A stretch of DNA of 64,000 nucleotides from contig MCFE01000308.1 of NCBI GenBank assembly GCA_002104905.1, positions 1 to 64,000 on the forward strand, read 5' to 3'. A program made the translations under genes and the position numbers. The notes beneath the pieces were generated by a model. That model did not search any database. It was given only the letters and a program-made list of their open reading frames with translations, and was not told the DNA's origin. Below, one piece after another: positions 11,609 through 25,932 of the stretch. Numbering within the stretch: the first letter of the stretch is position 1; each line of letters begins with the position of its first letter. Source of the DNA: Basidiobolus meristosporus CBS 931.73 (lineage: Eukaryota > Fungi > Basidiobolomycota).

Positions 11609-14533
11609 TTACAACTTCAACCGCTTCAAGAGTTGGGAACAGAATTCCTTGTATTCCCATGTTGGGCCGCCAAGTCTTCGGAATCTGACCCCGTGAAGAC
11701 CAAGCAGTAAGGGGACTTTGACTATTGTGATCTGGAAACGCAAGGCTCCTTCCTCAATCTCATTTGGACCGGTCACTTCATCCTCGTCTTCAGAGCTGCT
11801 TTCTCTCGAGAATGGATCAGATTCGATTTTCTTGTTGCTGGCATGCTCGACAGACGTCTCTCCAGAGGCGTCCCTTGGACGATAACCATCGTGTCGGCCC
11901 CGAGAGAGAAGTGACCGATGACGACGTACCCCATGTTGAGGACCCCCAGGCTGCTCTTCACAAGCATTGACCGAAAGCAATTTAGGCTTTGGTGCGTCTT
12001 TGTTAGGTCTACGAACGCACTCGAAATAACCCTTGCCTTCGTGCCATTCAACCCCCAATTGCTCCAAAGCTTTGATGATGTTTGAACGGATGGTTGCAGG
12101 CTTCTTGGTACTGGTTGTAGCAACCGAGAAAAGCCCCTTCAGAAATACTGGTTTAATGTAAGTATCAGCAGCCCTATCAGGTTTGTGAGAGGTTGGCTCA
12201 TCCTGGCAATCCCGGTTATGGGAGGGAGCGGGCGAGGCCGGTAGGCGAATTTCTGGTGGGGACCTCTTACTAGCAGGCTCGTTACGAGCACGTCCGGATG
12301 TTTCCTTCAGGCTAGTAGCGCGAGATACCATGGTAGAATGCTTCTCTTGGAACTGCTCATGACTAGCCTTCGGGTGAATTCTCCGACGATTCTCGGGAAA
12401 GTCAAATGTCAGATTCTGATTCCTTGGTTGAGGAGCATGCACTGATTTACTACGGAATACACCGCTCGACGCTTTTTCGGTGGTGGTTTCTTCATCAGAT
12501 ACCTTGTGTTGACGCTCTCGCCGTCCTTTACCGTTTCTTCCTGATCGTAAGGCTTGGCTGATTCTACGGAAAACGCCACCAGATTTTGAGTCTTTGTTTC
12601 TCGAAGGCGATCTTCCACTAGAGGGAGAGATATCTGAAGCCGGGGCGGTAGGGTATTCCTCCACATCATTCAACTCCGACCTCGTGTGGTCTGGATAACG
12701 ATTTATGGATTTACCTTGCTCATCTACGACATCATCATAACTATTATTGTCAACCGATGGCGGGGGTGAAAGATATGTTCTAGGGGAGTGGTTGGGATTG
12801 GGGGAACCCACGGACGACTCCGAAAGCGAAGGAGACGTAGGACAGTCAAGCTCTCTCTCACGCTCCATCTTCTCCTGCACCAGATGATAGATGGACAACA
12901 GGGGGTGGCTAAAGTTGTTCTTGATAATCTCCCCATGGGGCGAGTAAACCGACTGCTTTCGATATGCATCACTTTGCATAATTCGCTCCAGCTCAACCTT
13001 GATACTCTCCTCATCGCCAAAGTCAAACCCGGTCATCCGTTTGATCACATTAGGGTCGAGGCAGGAAGACAGCGGCTGACGATGAGGTACATAGTTTTCG
13101 ATAGGGTTGTCATACCCTATGTTCATCCATGGATGATGGATCACCTCACCCATGCTGGCTCGTTCTAAAGGATTAGTGACGAGCATTCGAGACAAGAGGT
13201 GTTTACACTCTATCGGGAATAAAGGGGTTGATTAATGAAGGGAACCACATTTGGTAATCGAGTATTTCCCATTACCGCTGCTAAGCCAGTTGGGATATTC
13301 CACGTAGCCTCTTTTGATCTTTGCATGCAGAGCAGGCATGCTTTTGTCATCGAACGGAACTTTCCCGCAGACAAGTACATACAAAACGATCCCCATGCTC
13401 CAGATATCTACCTCAGGTCCGGTGTAAGCCCGCGCACTCAGCAACTCGGGGGCCGCGAAGTACAGCGATCCGCAAAAAGTGGAGAGGTGGGAGCGAGGGG
13501 AATACAGGTTGGAGAGGCCGAAATCGATGATCTTGATGGATCCGTCGCTGGCAATAAGTATGTTCTCGATCTTGAGATCTGCAAGGGAACCCATATTAGC
13601 TCATGGCCTGAGCAAGTTGCCAACAAGGATTGGACGAAACATACCTCTGTGGACCACGGAATTTCTGTGGCAGTAATCTGGATTGGAAGCGTATCGTCAG
13701 TACATCGAAATCATTCCTACCGGACTACGAAACCAAACCACCAACCTAGAGCTGAGCAAATCTGTCTAGCGAATTTCCGGGCATTCTTCTCCTTCAATTT
13801 GCCGTGACTGATGATATAATCCAGCAGCTGGCCCCCGCTGATGTACTCCAAGAAGAGATAGTAATGATTCGGATGGACGACGATGTCCTTGAGTCTCACG
13901 ATATTCGGATGAACCAATAGAGACATGATGGAAGCTTCTCGAATCACTCGGATTTCTTTATTCTCATCCTTGGCAGGATTTCCGGGCGCTTGCTGTGCAT
14001 CATGATTTGGACGTTGCGCCCGTGAGATAATCTTGACCGCAACCTAAGAAAAAGTGATCCGTGTGAGATCAATATATCCCTCGATACATCAAAATCATGC
14101 GTGCCAAGATGAAAACAATCTTGATCGATCCATCCTGGCCAATAAACAATGAGACTACCTTTTCCCCTGTAACATGGTGGACGCCTAGCTTCACTTTGCC
14201 CATGCTGCCAGTGCCCAAGGTTTTGGTGAGCTGGTAGCTCCCGATATATTTCCTGCTGCGTGAAGAATGGCTTCTTTGCACTGTCGAAGTAGGGGGTGGG
14301 TCATGTGGCCTTCTTGGAGATTGCCCAGAATTCCAGCCAGGTGAAGAGCGGTCAGGATTGGAGTAGTTGCGCGAACTCTGACCAGAGGGTGGGCTCGAGG
14401 GCTCGTAACATCTCCTCTCGCTTCTAGTGGAAGGATTGCGACGAATGGACGACGTACGAGTCGGGAAGTGTGGCTCGGGAGGCTGTGGTAAGCCACTCAA
14501 TTCCGATGGGTGCAAAATCTTTAATTCGTTCAT
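11609..14533 (-). CDS. KIN1: KIN1/PAR-1/MARK-family Ser/Thr kinase with C-terminal KA1 domain, multi-exon
   Basis: [36 protein letters not shown]|DLKIEN split by an intron, [24 protein letters not shown]1-type [32 protein letters not shown]. Confidence 0.9.
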
Positions 14534-16279
14534 CTGGCTTCAGAACAGGGTAAGGGAGCTGCTAGTAAGAAATAACTAAAGAGGAGAAAGGCGAGCAGTC
14601 GTCAAACAGAGCAGTGCTAGTTGCTGACAAGCTTCGCAAAGGACTGGGAGGATTGGGTTGAGAATAATCAAATCGTGCAACAAACGTAATGGAAAGATAT
14701 GAAGTTGGTAGTGAAATAGGAGACAAGGTGATGAGATGTGGAGGGGAAAGAAGCTGAAATAGAGAACCGCCAGTCGACGAAAGGTCTTATTTGCGGGGAA
14801 TTCAAAAGCCAGAACATGGCAGGTTTACTATTTGAAATATTATGTATCAAATAAGGATACAAATTTAATGATTCCCAATTTAGGCAAAAGAGGGGATTTG
14901 GTGGATTGGGTACTGAGATCTCCTAGCATCAATCATACTACGAAGGACCTTGTGAGCCAACAGTGGCCACCGTTATCGAAACAATTCTCGCTGGAGATAT
15001 AATCCACAATGTTTCATAAAAGCTCACAGAATGACGCTCTTTAGCAACCACGCATACGAGCCAGGATCGAAGAGCAAAAAACGGATTGCTTACGAATAAA
15101 CTTCCAATAATTTGAGACCCTCGCTTGCCTGATCGTAACATGCAATATATATCGTGTCACTGGTACTAAATTTATTTGGATTAGTTTTTATAATGCCAAT
15201 GATCAATGAAAGGTCATTAAATCAATGGTCTCATTTAAGTAACACACCATGTAATTAATAATAGAATGTAGTGTTGTATGTAATACCGAATATCAAGGAT
15301 GAGTATCTAGAGTAGATATATCGTTGACTCCTTGTCATCATCAGAGCTGAGAAAGAGTAAGGCTTTACATCATGGGGCACTCGATAGGCAATGCCACCAT
15401 TTTCTCTAGCCATATTATATGCATCCCACACCTCGATGCAGGTAATTGGGCTAATAAAAAATAATGGGAATCGTGAGATACACCGAATTTCAGCCTGGTA
15501 ACCCAAGTAAATTAAGTGGTCGCCAAGAAATTTTGGTGAGAACTTTGCTAAGAATAAATGTTGCGTTTGGGCTAGTGGGTGTTCCTACACATAGCGGATC
15601 CTCACTGAACACGGTTAGCCTTGGCTATTTTAAAACACCAGCTATCCATAAGCTGTAAAAACCTTAAATAGGTTCATGTTATTTGCCACTATTTATAACG
15701 GGAGGCCAAATTGAGATTAAATTTACATATTTTGAGAATCTCTCGTGTCACGACAAATGCTCAACAATTACTTCATATCAGAACCAGGCTTACACTTGAG
15801 GCGACGTGCGGTTGCGTACCAAAATGGCTGCATCCTCCTCAATGGTGATTGCGGGAAGTACCCCCCAACAATCCTGGAATATCGGCAAGAGCCTTTGTTT
15901 TATTCCAATACCTTTGATGCCTACTAGCTGGTCTATGCCAGGGAACGTAAAGATTGAAAGGTTGCGGAATGTATTTGTGAATCTTCGCTAAATGAATTTG
16001 GGATAAATGTTTCATTGCCTTCGCCTCTAGTGTTGTTGACAGTAACAAAATGATGCTGAGCTACCATACCACACAATGAAGTGTAGCTCATCCAGTAAGG
16101 ACACTAAGCAATTACTCGACTGTATGGCTATGCATAAGATTAAGCAACCACGAATATGAGGACTCACGCTTCATTATTTTATTCACGAATTAACCACTTT
16201 CAATCAAAATCATATATTTGGGGATCCCCGAAATATAGTTTACAAAACTAATGCTAATTTGTATCTCAAATACTGTGTA

Positions 16280-18307
16280 TTACCAGATGTTGACTCTCTC
16301 GGCTTCGCTACGGTACATTTTATCACCTTCCTTGACACCGAAAGCGTCATAGAATTCCTTGAAGTTGGATAAGGGACCATTGACTCTCCAAATGCCTGGG
16401 GCATGAGGGTCGGTACGAAGGCGGTAAAGAGCCTCTTCCTTGCGAACAACATTCTTCCAGACCGAAGCATAGGCAGTGAAGAACTGTTGCTCAGGAGTAA
16501 GTCCATCAACAGTACCAACGGCGCCAGGGTTGTTCTTTTGCCATTCTTGGAAAGCGAGATAAGACAATTTGACTCCACCGATATCAGCAATGTTTTCACC
16601 CTGGGTTAGGTTTCCATTGACCTTGGAGCCGTACATATCGAAGGTACTGTAAAGGTCAATGACAGTCTTGGCACGTTTATCGAACTCAGCAGCATCCTTG
16701 GGAGTCCACCAATCTTCAAGATTGCCTTGGGCGTTGTAGCTACGACCCTGGTCATCATATCCGTGGGTGATTTCGTGACCAATAACAGCGCCAATGCCAC
16801 CGAAATTGGCTGCAGCATTTCCTCTAGGATCCTTCTCATCAGGAGCGTAGAAGAATGGAGGCTGCAGGATACCAGCGGGGAATGCAATATCATTGTAGTT
16901 GGGATCATAGTAAGCATTAACCTCATAAGCAGTCATGAACCACTTGGATTTGTCGGTTGGACCATTGGAGGCCGACAGAACTGACTTGAAATTGGCGGCG
17001 TTGAGGTCAAGGACGTTGGTGAGGAATGGACTCTTGCGAGAAATCTTGATGTGAGAATAGTCCTTCCATTTGTCAGGATAACCAACCTTCACATTAAGGC
17101 CTTTCAATTTCTCAAGGGCGCGCTTACGAGTTTCTGGACTCATCCACTCGATGGTATCGAGGCGAGTGGCAAGTGCGTTTTGGATCAACTTGACCATCTC
17201 CAAAGCTTGGGCTTTAGCTTCAGGCTTGAATTTCTCCTGCACAAACAGCTGACTCAAGGTATCGGGAATTTGGGAGCCTATCTCGCTCAAAAGGAACTTG
17301 CCACGGGGGGATGGTTCACTTTGGCCACGGAGTGTACGACCGTAGAATTCAAAATCTTGTGCTTTGAACTGCTGGTCAAGATAGGTTGCACTGAATCCTA
17401 GAACATGCCATTCAAAATAGGTGCGCCAGTCCTCAGCACGGAATTGTTTGAATAGAGTGTTGAAGAACTTCAAGAAGTTGGGATTATCAACAATGACATC
17501 ACCATCTCCGAAGCAATGTCCCTTTTTCCATCCTAAGGATTGGCAATAGTTCAACCATGGGAATGCGGGCGTGATTTCTTTCAGTTGTTGGAAGCTAAGT
17601 TTGTTGTAGGTGCGATACACATCACGTTGTTCAACGGAAGATAGAGAGTTCTTAGCTAGGCCGGTTTCGAAATTCAACACAACCTTAGCCTTGGCCTGGG
17701 CGTTTTTGACCTTGGCAAGGGTAAGGATTTTCTCAATATGGGCAAGGTACTTTTGACGGATTTCAGCTTGGCCCTCTTCAGTATAATACTCTCTGCTGGG
17801 AAGAGAGAGACCGTTTTGACCGATGTAGCTCAACGTCCATGTAGAGTTCTTACTATCGGGCAGGGAGGAAATACCGAATAGAGGGCTTGAGCCATGAACG
17901 GAGACTGACAGACTATGAAGCTTGCCAAGTACTTTGGCAGCATCGTTAGGTGAGCGAATGCTACCTACATCACGAAGTAGACTCTTGATAGGAGCCAAAC
18001 CAGCCTTTTGGATAAGGGCGGTATCCATGCCCGAGGCATAGAAATCTCCCAAGAGACCACTTTTAGTAGAGTTGCCAGACTTTTCTAAGGTAGCCAGAAG
18101 GAAGTCGGAATTTCTCTGGTCAAGGACAGAGAAGGTGTTCCAGATGGAGCGATCGCCAGGCAGAGTGGTGTTCTTGATCCAATCGTAGTTGGCATGGAAG
18201 TAGAAATCTTGGGTGGCAGCAGGGGCTTGGGCCGGTAAGTCCTGTGCGTACACTGAGCTACCAGTGACTGCCAAAGACAATAGAAGAAGTCTAGTAGAGG
18301 TGCGCAT
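16280..18307 (-). CDS. Secreted M13 (neprilysin/PepO-type) zinc metallopeptidase, copy 1, intronless, 675 aa
   Basis: Signal peptide MRTSTRLLLLSLAVTGSSVYAQ; VNAYY, HEITH, GENIAD, DPHAP..RVNG. TATATAA on the minus strand at 18364-18370 supports this start over the longer ORF start. Confidence 0.95.
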   Translation of the reverse strand: MRTSTRLLLLSLAVTGSSVYAQDLPAQAPAATQDFYFHANYDWIKNTTLPGDRSIWNTFSVLDQRNSDFLLATLEKSGNSTKSGLLGDFYASGMDTALIQKAGLAPIKSLLRDVGSIRSPNDAAKVLGKLHSLSVSVHGSSPLFGISSLPDSKNSTWTLSYIGQNGLSLPSREYYTEEGQAEIRQKYLAHIEKILTLAKVKNAQAKAKVVLNFETGLAKNSLSSVEQRDVYRTYNKLSFQQLKEITPAFPWLNYCQSLGWKKGHCFGDGDVIVDNPNFLKFFNTLFKQFRAEDWRTYFEWHVLGFSATYLDQQFKAQDFEFYGRTLRGQSEPSPRGKFLLSEIGSQIPDTLSQLFVQEKFKPEAKAQALEMVKLIQNALATRLDTIEWMSPETRKRALEKLKGLNVKVGYPDKWKDYSHIKISRKSPFLTNVLDLNAANFKSVLSASNGPTDKSKWFMTAYEVNAYYDPNYNDIAFPAGILQPPFFYAPDEKDPRGNAAANFGGIGAVIGHEITHGYDDQGRSYNAQGNLEDWWTPKDAAEFDKRAKTVIDLYSTFDMYGSKVNGNLTQGENIADIGGVKLSYLAFQEWQKNNPGAVGTVDGLTPEQQFFTAYASVWKNVVRKEEALYRLRTDPHAPGIWRVNGPLSNFKEFYDAFGVKEGDKMYRSEAERVNIW

Positions 18308-20179
18308 ATGAGACAATTTCTTGTAAAGAATTGGATGGTGAACAGAAAGGAATGCGCATGAGGTTATATAGATTTGGACCATCTCTGGAATAGGTTGAGC
18401 CAGGATTTGATATCAATCAAATGATCGGCTTGAATTGGAAGTTTAAGAGATACAGATATACCCAGTATCCTATATGGCATCCTGCTTTCGAAGAACTAAA
18501 TCCGAACTTTCAAGTTAGTGGGTTCAATCGTGGGGAAACGGAAGTTTGTGGCCCTGTGAGCTCAGCTTTGCTGAAGTGCAATGCAAGAGACGAATTAGTG
18601 ACCTAGAGCTCTTGCGTTGGTCATTGGCTGAAAGCCCAAGGGGATTGGTAAATCGACTTGGTCCAACGATAAGCCGTGTTATAACCAACATGATGAATTA
18701 GAATAAGAGCTGTGAGATACTCATTACTGATCTACCTTATCGCCATTCTATTTGGTGAATTCGTCGTACATCGTCCACAAAGTCACCACCAACTGGTATC
18801 AGTTTGGATGATCCTGGGAAAATCCCAAGAAATGGATGGCCTCTGCTATCGTCACATTTCGATAGGCAATCCCTGGTCAATTTCTAGGATTTGAAGTGAA
18901 ACCATCGAGCTTATACTAATTAGGAATATGCAGAGCTCGAATGATCCGGAAAGTGTGGATTGTAGGCATCATGTGGGCATGAATTTCTCATTGGATAGTC
19001 TTCTGCTCCGAGATATGTTGGATGCACCATGAACAATACGGGCAAAGCCATCATCGATTATTGCGCGGTTGTTACGAGACCTTTGATGTGGTTGTACGCT
19101 AGAGGCCATGCAAGATTATGGATAGAATTGCTGTAGTGTTGCAACCAACCAACTCACTTTGTAGACTGGATCCTGAACTTCGATGGTGTCGTGAGAATCC
19201 AGCACTATCATATCATGGATGGCTCACCTTTCAATTCCTAAATGTGAACAATCTGGTGATACTCGTCACATGTAATCTGCCTAGGGGAGTAGTAATCAGC
19301 CTACCTCAAACTCTCTCCCATCCACCTCCACATCACTATTGCAACATCGGTGGTTCTTTGGACACAGTAACGTAGATGAATAGCCGTTCTATCTATATTT
19401 TCAACGGAAATGCTTATCTGCCATATCTTAGGGTCGTTTAGTTCCTAATATGTTAGAATTCGCTCCACGTTATCAACATGTCGTGCTTGACGAGGTCGAA
19501 GGAGATGGGTTTGATTAGGTGCGAATGTTACCTTCATGGGTTACAGTGTGGCTTAAACTGGTTATTAGGCTACATCTATCCCAGGTACAAGCTCAACTAT
19601 CAATCTCCATAAGGACGCTGTTTGATGTTCCTCATGAATAGAAATATTCGTAGAGGTGAACAACCTCTACCGCCACGCTATATGTGGCATCATAACTACA
19701 AAAAGAAAATTCGTCATGCCCCTGGGTACTAGCTCCAGTTGATAGATGGATGTTTCGTGTTGATGGGGTTCTTTTATTTGTTGAACCCTACCTAATAGGA
19801 GCGCATGGGAAGAAAGACTCGCAAGAAGCATCCTTAGTGACTGTGTGATCTGAGATCCAGAAGTGCGACCTAAAAATGCCCAGGGACTCGGATTATGTGG
19901 TTAAAAAGGTACAACATAATTGCATGAACGGCCGAACCATTTGATATGAAAGGATTCCGTTGAGATCTCAATTACAAAAAGGGCGTGGTCTAGCTGAAAA
20001 TATACATCTCTTAATATTTGGGAGTTGGACGGGATACTGAGTGAGATGAGACAAAGCCCGTTTTTGGTGAGGATTCAGCAATGAGAAAAGAGGTGATGCT
20101 CGACAGAAACAGTTAGTATACTTGTTAAGCGTTAGAGCCTGTGATGAATATGTTCCCCCATAACACCTGGAGACATTCC

Positions 20180-20725
20180 GCCACTAATTAGAATAGCGCA
20201 CATATAAAAATGCACATCTGATACTGACTGCTTTCCATTTTACACCCACCTTTCCCATGTTTGCTTCAATCAATTGAGAGTATAATATCCTTTTGTTATT
20301 CATCCAGTTCAACATGCCTAGGAATCTAGAAACTATCGTTCTCTTAATATTATGCTCAAAATATCCCTATGAAAAATATCATACTTGGAATTCAACTTAT
20401 AAACTGCTGGTATTCTGCTGGTATTTTAATAGTATTTTGCTGGCAATCAGCGCTGGTGCTTTCCTTCAAATTATTAGTAGTAAATCTTTGTGGAAGTAGC
20501 GAGTAGGTTATTATCAAATTAGTTTGTCTGCCAAATGGCAAGAACATGAGATATTCAGAGCAGTAAGTTTCGCTCAACTTGGAACTCTGCTGGCCTTCAG
20601 TTAATTTTTTTCTTAGGGCATGTGAATGTTGATTGACATTTGAAAGAGCCATGTTAATTGTGCTACAGAAATCTTCATATGAAAGCTGGAGTAAGTCCGC
20701 AATACTTAGTGACCATGTATCTTTA
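20180..20725 (-). mobile_element. Possible degenerate Ty3/Gypsy gag-pol remnant
   Basis: Fragments LKDTWSLSIADLLQLS and SRFLGMLNW...KWK...AF loosely resemble Gypsy gag and RT-thumb motifs. AT-rich and abuts LTRs. Confidence 0.3.
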
Positions 20726-21576
20726 AGCATTTGTAAGAGCTTTGGAGATATTGGAAGTAATTGGGACAACAAATAGATTATGGAACTTTCACTTAATGAT
20801 TTGCTCAATGTTGTTGTAGATTTTGTAATTACACCTAAATATTCACCTAACTTAGTCACTTAGATCATAGTCTACAGATCCTAGAGAATTCTGACCAAAT
20901 TCCTTGACAGGATTTACTTGGAATACTTTCACCAAAATATCAAGTACCCAGGACGTTGGAAATTGATATATTGTCCAAACAGCCCCAGACCTTGCACACA
21001 TGCTGTTGGGACCTTTTAGACATACTCTACATGTTTTGCTGGCCAAGGTCACCCAAAAGTATATATACTACTTTTATATTCAATAAATCATCAAGTGAAA
21101 AACCACATAATCTACTTGCTCTCCCAATCACTTCCAATATCTCCAAAACTCTTAAACAAATAATTTGGTGAAGCTATTATAAGTAAATCCCAATAAGGAA
21201 TTTGGGCAGATTTTCTAAGACTTGTAGACTATGATCTAAGTGACCAAGTTAGGTGAATACTCAGGTGTAATTACAAAATTTGTAACAGATTATAGTCTGT
21301 GAGTCAGAAGAACTTGCACAAGTTCATTGTTGGAACTCAGAATACTGCACCAAAATATCAAGTACACAGGACATGAGAAATCTCAGACTTGTTCAAAGAG
21401 CCCCAAAGCTTGTACATATGATCTTGAGATCCCTTTAAGCATATTCTACAAGCTTTTTTTTGCCAACACCTTGTCAAGTATAAATACAACTTTCACAGAC
21501 AATAAATCATTATGTAGAAATCCATATTATACTCGTTCTCCAAATCACTTCGAACATCTTCAAAACCCTTACAACA
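20725..21576. mobile_element. Nested cluster of Copia-family LTR pieces, including a complete plus-strand 347-bp LTR at 20812-21158
   Basis: 20812 TGTTGTA...TAAACA 21158 aligns with the LTRs at 28080 and 63438. It sits between the two halves of a minus-strand LTR (about 21160-21287 and 20725-20805). A further plus-strand 3' LTR part ends ACAACA at 21576. Confidence 0.8.
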
Positions 21577-23309
21577 TAGCCCCAGTGACTAAATTAGTAT
21601 CTAAGGATTATAAGTGTAGCCTGGGATGATTTTCATGCTCATTACCTGATTCATCCACACATTCAAAAGTTTGGAATAGGCACGTGATCAGAAGGGTGTG
21701 TTGCATATATATCTACCTTCAAGATATATCCAAATCACCCTGCCTAAGCTAATAAGATTCTAATTTCGAAATAAATATAACACCCACTTTGCTACAACCA
21801 TTGCATAAAGATCGTTAGTATATGCATCCTGTCTGTCAGATAGATAGTATAAACTTTGACTCACTTTATACTTGAATTTATATGGACTCCAGCATAACAT
21901 CTGGGCATGATGTCTCATAAAACACAAAATCCGAGAGCGAATTGTAATGCTTTGCAAAGTCACCGAACGTACGAAACAAATAATAGTTGACGATACATAC
22001 ATTGGGGTGACTGATCAACAACGCACATATAACACCACCACTGAGTATCTTAGATTAATTGAGTTTCACAATCCTAAGACCATGATATTGTCGATTAATG
22101 GGAGCCCAGCCGAAAACCGATACAGATCTGATTATACCGCCTTGTAGCGCCAAGGGCTAAAAATCTAGAAAATCTATCAAGCATTAGAACTTATGTGGCA
22201 CAACGATTTTGCCTAATCCCTCGCCATTGTCTATTTTTGTAAGTAGCTCTGCTTAGTTGATGTTATCACTTTCTGAAGATAGAACTGAGGCAGTATGGAA
22301 TACTATGTGCTGCTGCTTGTGTCGGATAGAATTCCATGATTTGAGTGGTTTCCGTAGTAAGCTCAGTACCCATATTCCAAGCAATACGTTTAGATAAGGC
22401 AATGCTTCGCATATTCGATTTTAGCATCTGAAAATCCCCAAAGTAGGTACCCTGTGCTCTTTAGCCGCGGTTTCTAAAACGGTTAGGAATACGTTCATCG
22501 CCCAAATGAATGAATGAATGAATCGTTACTCCAGGTACAGATCACCCAAAGTTAGAAGGAATCCTGATATCGAGGAAACCGCTTTCCTAAACCTGTTGCG
22601 ATGAATGGGGTGGTGCTCAATGATCTTCCGGACTCCATTAGCTGATATTCTTGTATCATGAATAATTTGGGTTAGCTGGTAATCATACGAGAAACTTGAC
22701 AGAATGCTTACACATACGCACATGTGGTAGCTCACTAGTTACGGCAAAATTATCTGGAAGACCAGTAATACATTTCGAAACAATGAATGGGAATCTTTGT
22801 GCGGAATGATGTCAACGATGCTAGCCAAGTATGTTGCCGCGCTTATCAACCATCGACTAATGATGCGATGAAGGTCGAATTTGCATCACAGGCTGATAGT
22901 AATAAATCAGTTTCATTTAGGCGAGAATCTTCCATGTATTGGTATATATATGACCTCAAATGGTAGCTAAAAGTGGCAAAATTGGTAAACAAGAGTTTAG
23001 ATTATTCATCCTATTCTAGCCCTTCTAGATTGACATCGAGTTGCCTAGTATGGATGTGTGCTATCTGAATTGGTCACTTTTATACTCGATCAGCATTCTA
23101 ACGCTAATAATTATCGAGTAGGTCTATGTAACCAATTACCATTTGTTTCAATGGTTCCGCTGGAGTACATCAGTCAATTTCATTCTCGGCAGTCAGTGAT
23201 CATACCGTGGAAAATGATTGGTAACAGAGGGCACTGCAAGGAGTTTGCTTGGGTATATATAAGTCTTAGCTCGATGATCGCATTTCAACATCCCTATCTG
23301 TCCTACTCA

Positions 23310-24725
23310 ATGGAAATCCTGACTCTCATCAAAGCTAGTGGTGAGGTATAATAATTCAAACTAGACGTGCAATCTTCAGGCAACAGCACTAACTGTTTAT
23401 CTTCAACGCAGGCAATTCTCCAAATTGCTGTAACTTGTGGTGTAGGTATCTACCTGTCTAAAAAGGGTATATTGACGAAAAGTTTACAAAAGGTAAGTCG
23501 GACTCTTCCTGTAACGTGCACTTCCCATTTACTAAACCGATCCGTGTAGTCAATCTCCAACTTGAACCTCAACTTCCTCACACCATGTCTGCTGTTCTCC
23601 AATGTTGCTTCAGCAGTCTCTCCGGCCGTCTTTCTAACATTCTGGCCTATCCCGACCTACGCATTGATATTTACTATCATCTCAGTGATTGTCTCCCAGA
23701 CCTGCGCCTACATCTTTAGATTCAATAAGGCGCAAGCAAACTTCTCGATGGCCACTAGTATGTTTCCCAACACGAACAGCTTGCCGATTCCGCTGATACA
23801 AAGTTTGGCCAGTAGCGTGGCCGTCAAGATGCTTTTTTGGGGGGATAAGGATACACCGGAAGATGTACAAGCCCGAGGAATTTCATACATCGTAATCTTT
23901 GCCATCCTTGGCAACTTCCTTCGATTCAGTTACGGTTTCAAACTTTTGAACAAGCCAAAAGAAGAGGTGGTGTATCGCAGCGTGCTCCACAGTCCTAACG
24001 GCAGTATCATAACCCTACCTGTTGAAAAGCCTGGAAAATCCAGCAAACCTCCTTCTCTGTATTCTGATTACGGAAGCTCCTCTGGTGATAGTCATGCTGC
24101 AGAAGATCTACTCGCCAACCCTGAACGTGTCTCGGAGGAGAGTAGCTTGCTTGGACATATTCCAGGGCCTAGCGCATCGCAGAAATGGAAAGAGAATATC
24201 AAGAAATACTACAATTCGGTCAAAAAAGTATTCAATCCTCCCCTCTGCGCGACATTTATTGGGTTATTTGTTGGTCTTGTTCCATTCCTCAAAGGTTTAC
24301 TGTTTGGACCGGCGCCTGTACTTCGTCCTGTAATGCGTGCCATCGACACTTGCGGCAACGCTTCGATTCCTTTGATCCTTCTTTGTCTCGGAGCTCAGCT
24401 ATATGGTCTTTCTGGTAGAGCAGCGTTCAAGAAGGTCATCTGGACTATCGTGATTCAGCGCATGTTGCTCATGCCACTTGTTGCCATTGGAGTGGTATTA
24501 GTCACTCACAAATTCTTTTCGCTTGGATATGATCCAGTATTCGTCATGGTCATGATGCTCCTTGGTAGTGGTCCTACCGCCGTCAATCTAATGAATATCT
24601 GCCAAGCTGTGGGCAATTATGAGGATGAGATGGCACAACTACTGTTGTACTCGTACCTATTCGCGGCGCCCGCGCTAGCTCTTTGGGTGGTTGTTTACCT
24701 CTGGGTAGTGGGCCAAATTTTTTAA
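23310..24725 (+). CDS. Auxin efflux carrier (AEC/PILS-like) membrane transporter, 3 exons
   Basis: Reconstructed N-terminus MEILTLIKASGEAILQIAVTCGVGIYLSKKGIL|SISNLNLNFLTPCLLFSNVA; FPNTNSLPIPLI, NPPLCATFIG, GNASIPLILLCLGAQL, GPTAVNL. Two hydrophobic halves joined by a Ser-rich loop. TATATATAA at 23254-23262. Confidence 0.8.
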
Positions 24726-25932
24726 ACAGTAGTACGCCTCCGCCAGCGGATCTGATGAAGCTGATCTAGTGTATACCACTGTAGAAACATTTGACTCCTG
24801 TCATCCGGTGTTACACATTTACTACTAAGAGACCAAAATGTACTTTGTATTATCTTGTAAATTCATCAACAAAAAGCATGTTCAACAACTCAATACCAGT
24901 GTATTCATATTCATATTCAAATAATACATCATTAAAATGCCACATTCTATAACAAGCCTGTCCACCCCATAGTTCGAAGTGAGCGCTGGCGAACACATCA
25001 TGTTGCTTATGTGTTCAATTGGGTGGGTTCAAGCATTCCAATTAAATTCGACAGCATTGGTGAACAGATGGACCAAGGACATTACAGTGTAAATTTCCCA
25101 ACCAAAGCCTCCATTGTGGAGCAAATCGAATTCCATCGTACAGATCAGAAAATACGCATCCTATGACAGCCATCCAACCATTTCAGCTTCCAGCAGAACG
25201 TGAACAAAGCGATATAGGCAGATAAGCAACCCCAATCAAACCGATCCCCAGTGACATCACCACCTTATTATTAATGCACGCTGTTTAACAATATTGGCAA
25301 GAAGTTGGAAGAGACAATGGGCCGACTAGCACTGTACAAGCCTATTTTCATGCGAGTCTAGAGAGTCCACAGGTTAAGCTTAATTTCTGGCTGAGGCATC
25401 AATGCAGTCTTGGAGTCTTTTGTGGGAGGGTGAGCCAGTTTCATCCAACGGCTCTTGATAGGTTCGAAGCAGGCTCTTGATTAGTGGGTGGATGCGCACT
25501 ATCGTTGAATCACCATGCACATAACGCAAAGCGAAGACGTAGAAATTAAGGTTTGCCAAGACAAACTGTGCTGTCAATCTGTTGATATTGCGTTACAATC
25601 GAACGTTGGCCGGATCTTGCACCGTGTCTCGGATTAGCGAATTCTAGGGGAAGATTCAGTGTCGCTGGTGATATCCCTCGGATCGTGGGCCAATAAATTA
25701 GGGTGAGTAGGAGGGCTCAACCAGTTACTATTTTGAGCAACCAGCATCCATATATTGATAATCATTGATAGATAAGCAGCTCGAATTTCTATATTGTCAG
25801 CGTGCCGAATTTGTGAACTCTTTCATCAAATGATTAATCCGTTGACTGATCGATCAATTCCCTACCAGGAGTCGATGAAAACGAAAATAAACAACAAATG
25901 CCTTTTCAATTCTGTAGTTGGTGGTCCTTTTC

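Noticed and set aside
10252-13807. Long plus-strand ORFs (194, 126 and 190 aa) opposite RRP8 and KIN1
   Set aside because: Antisense shadows of strongly conserved genes.
20392-20859. 155-aa minus-strand ORF as a host gene
   Set aside because: It starts inside LTR sequence and runs through TE debris.
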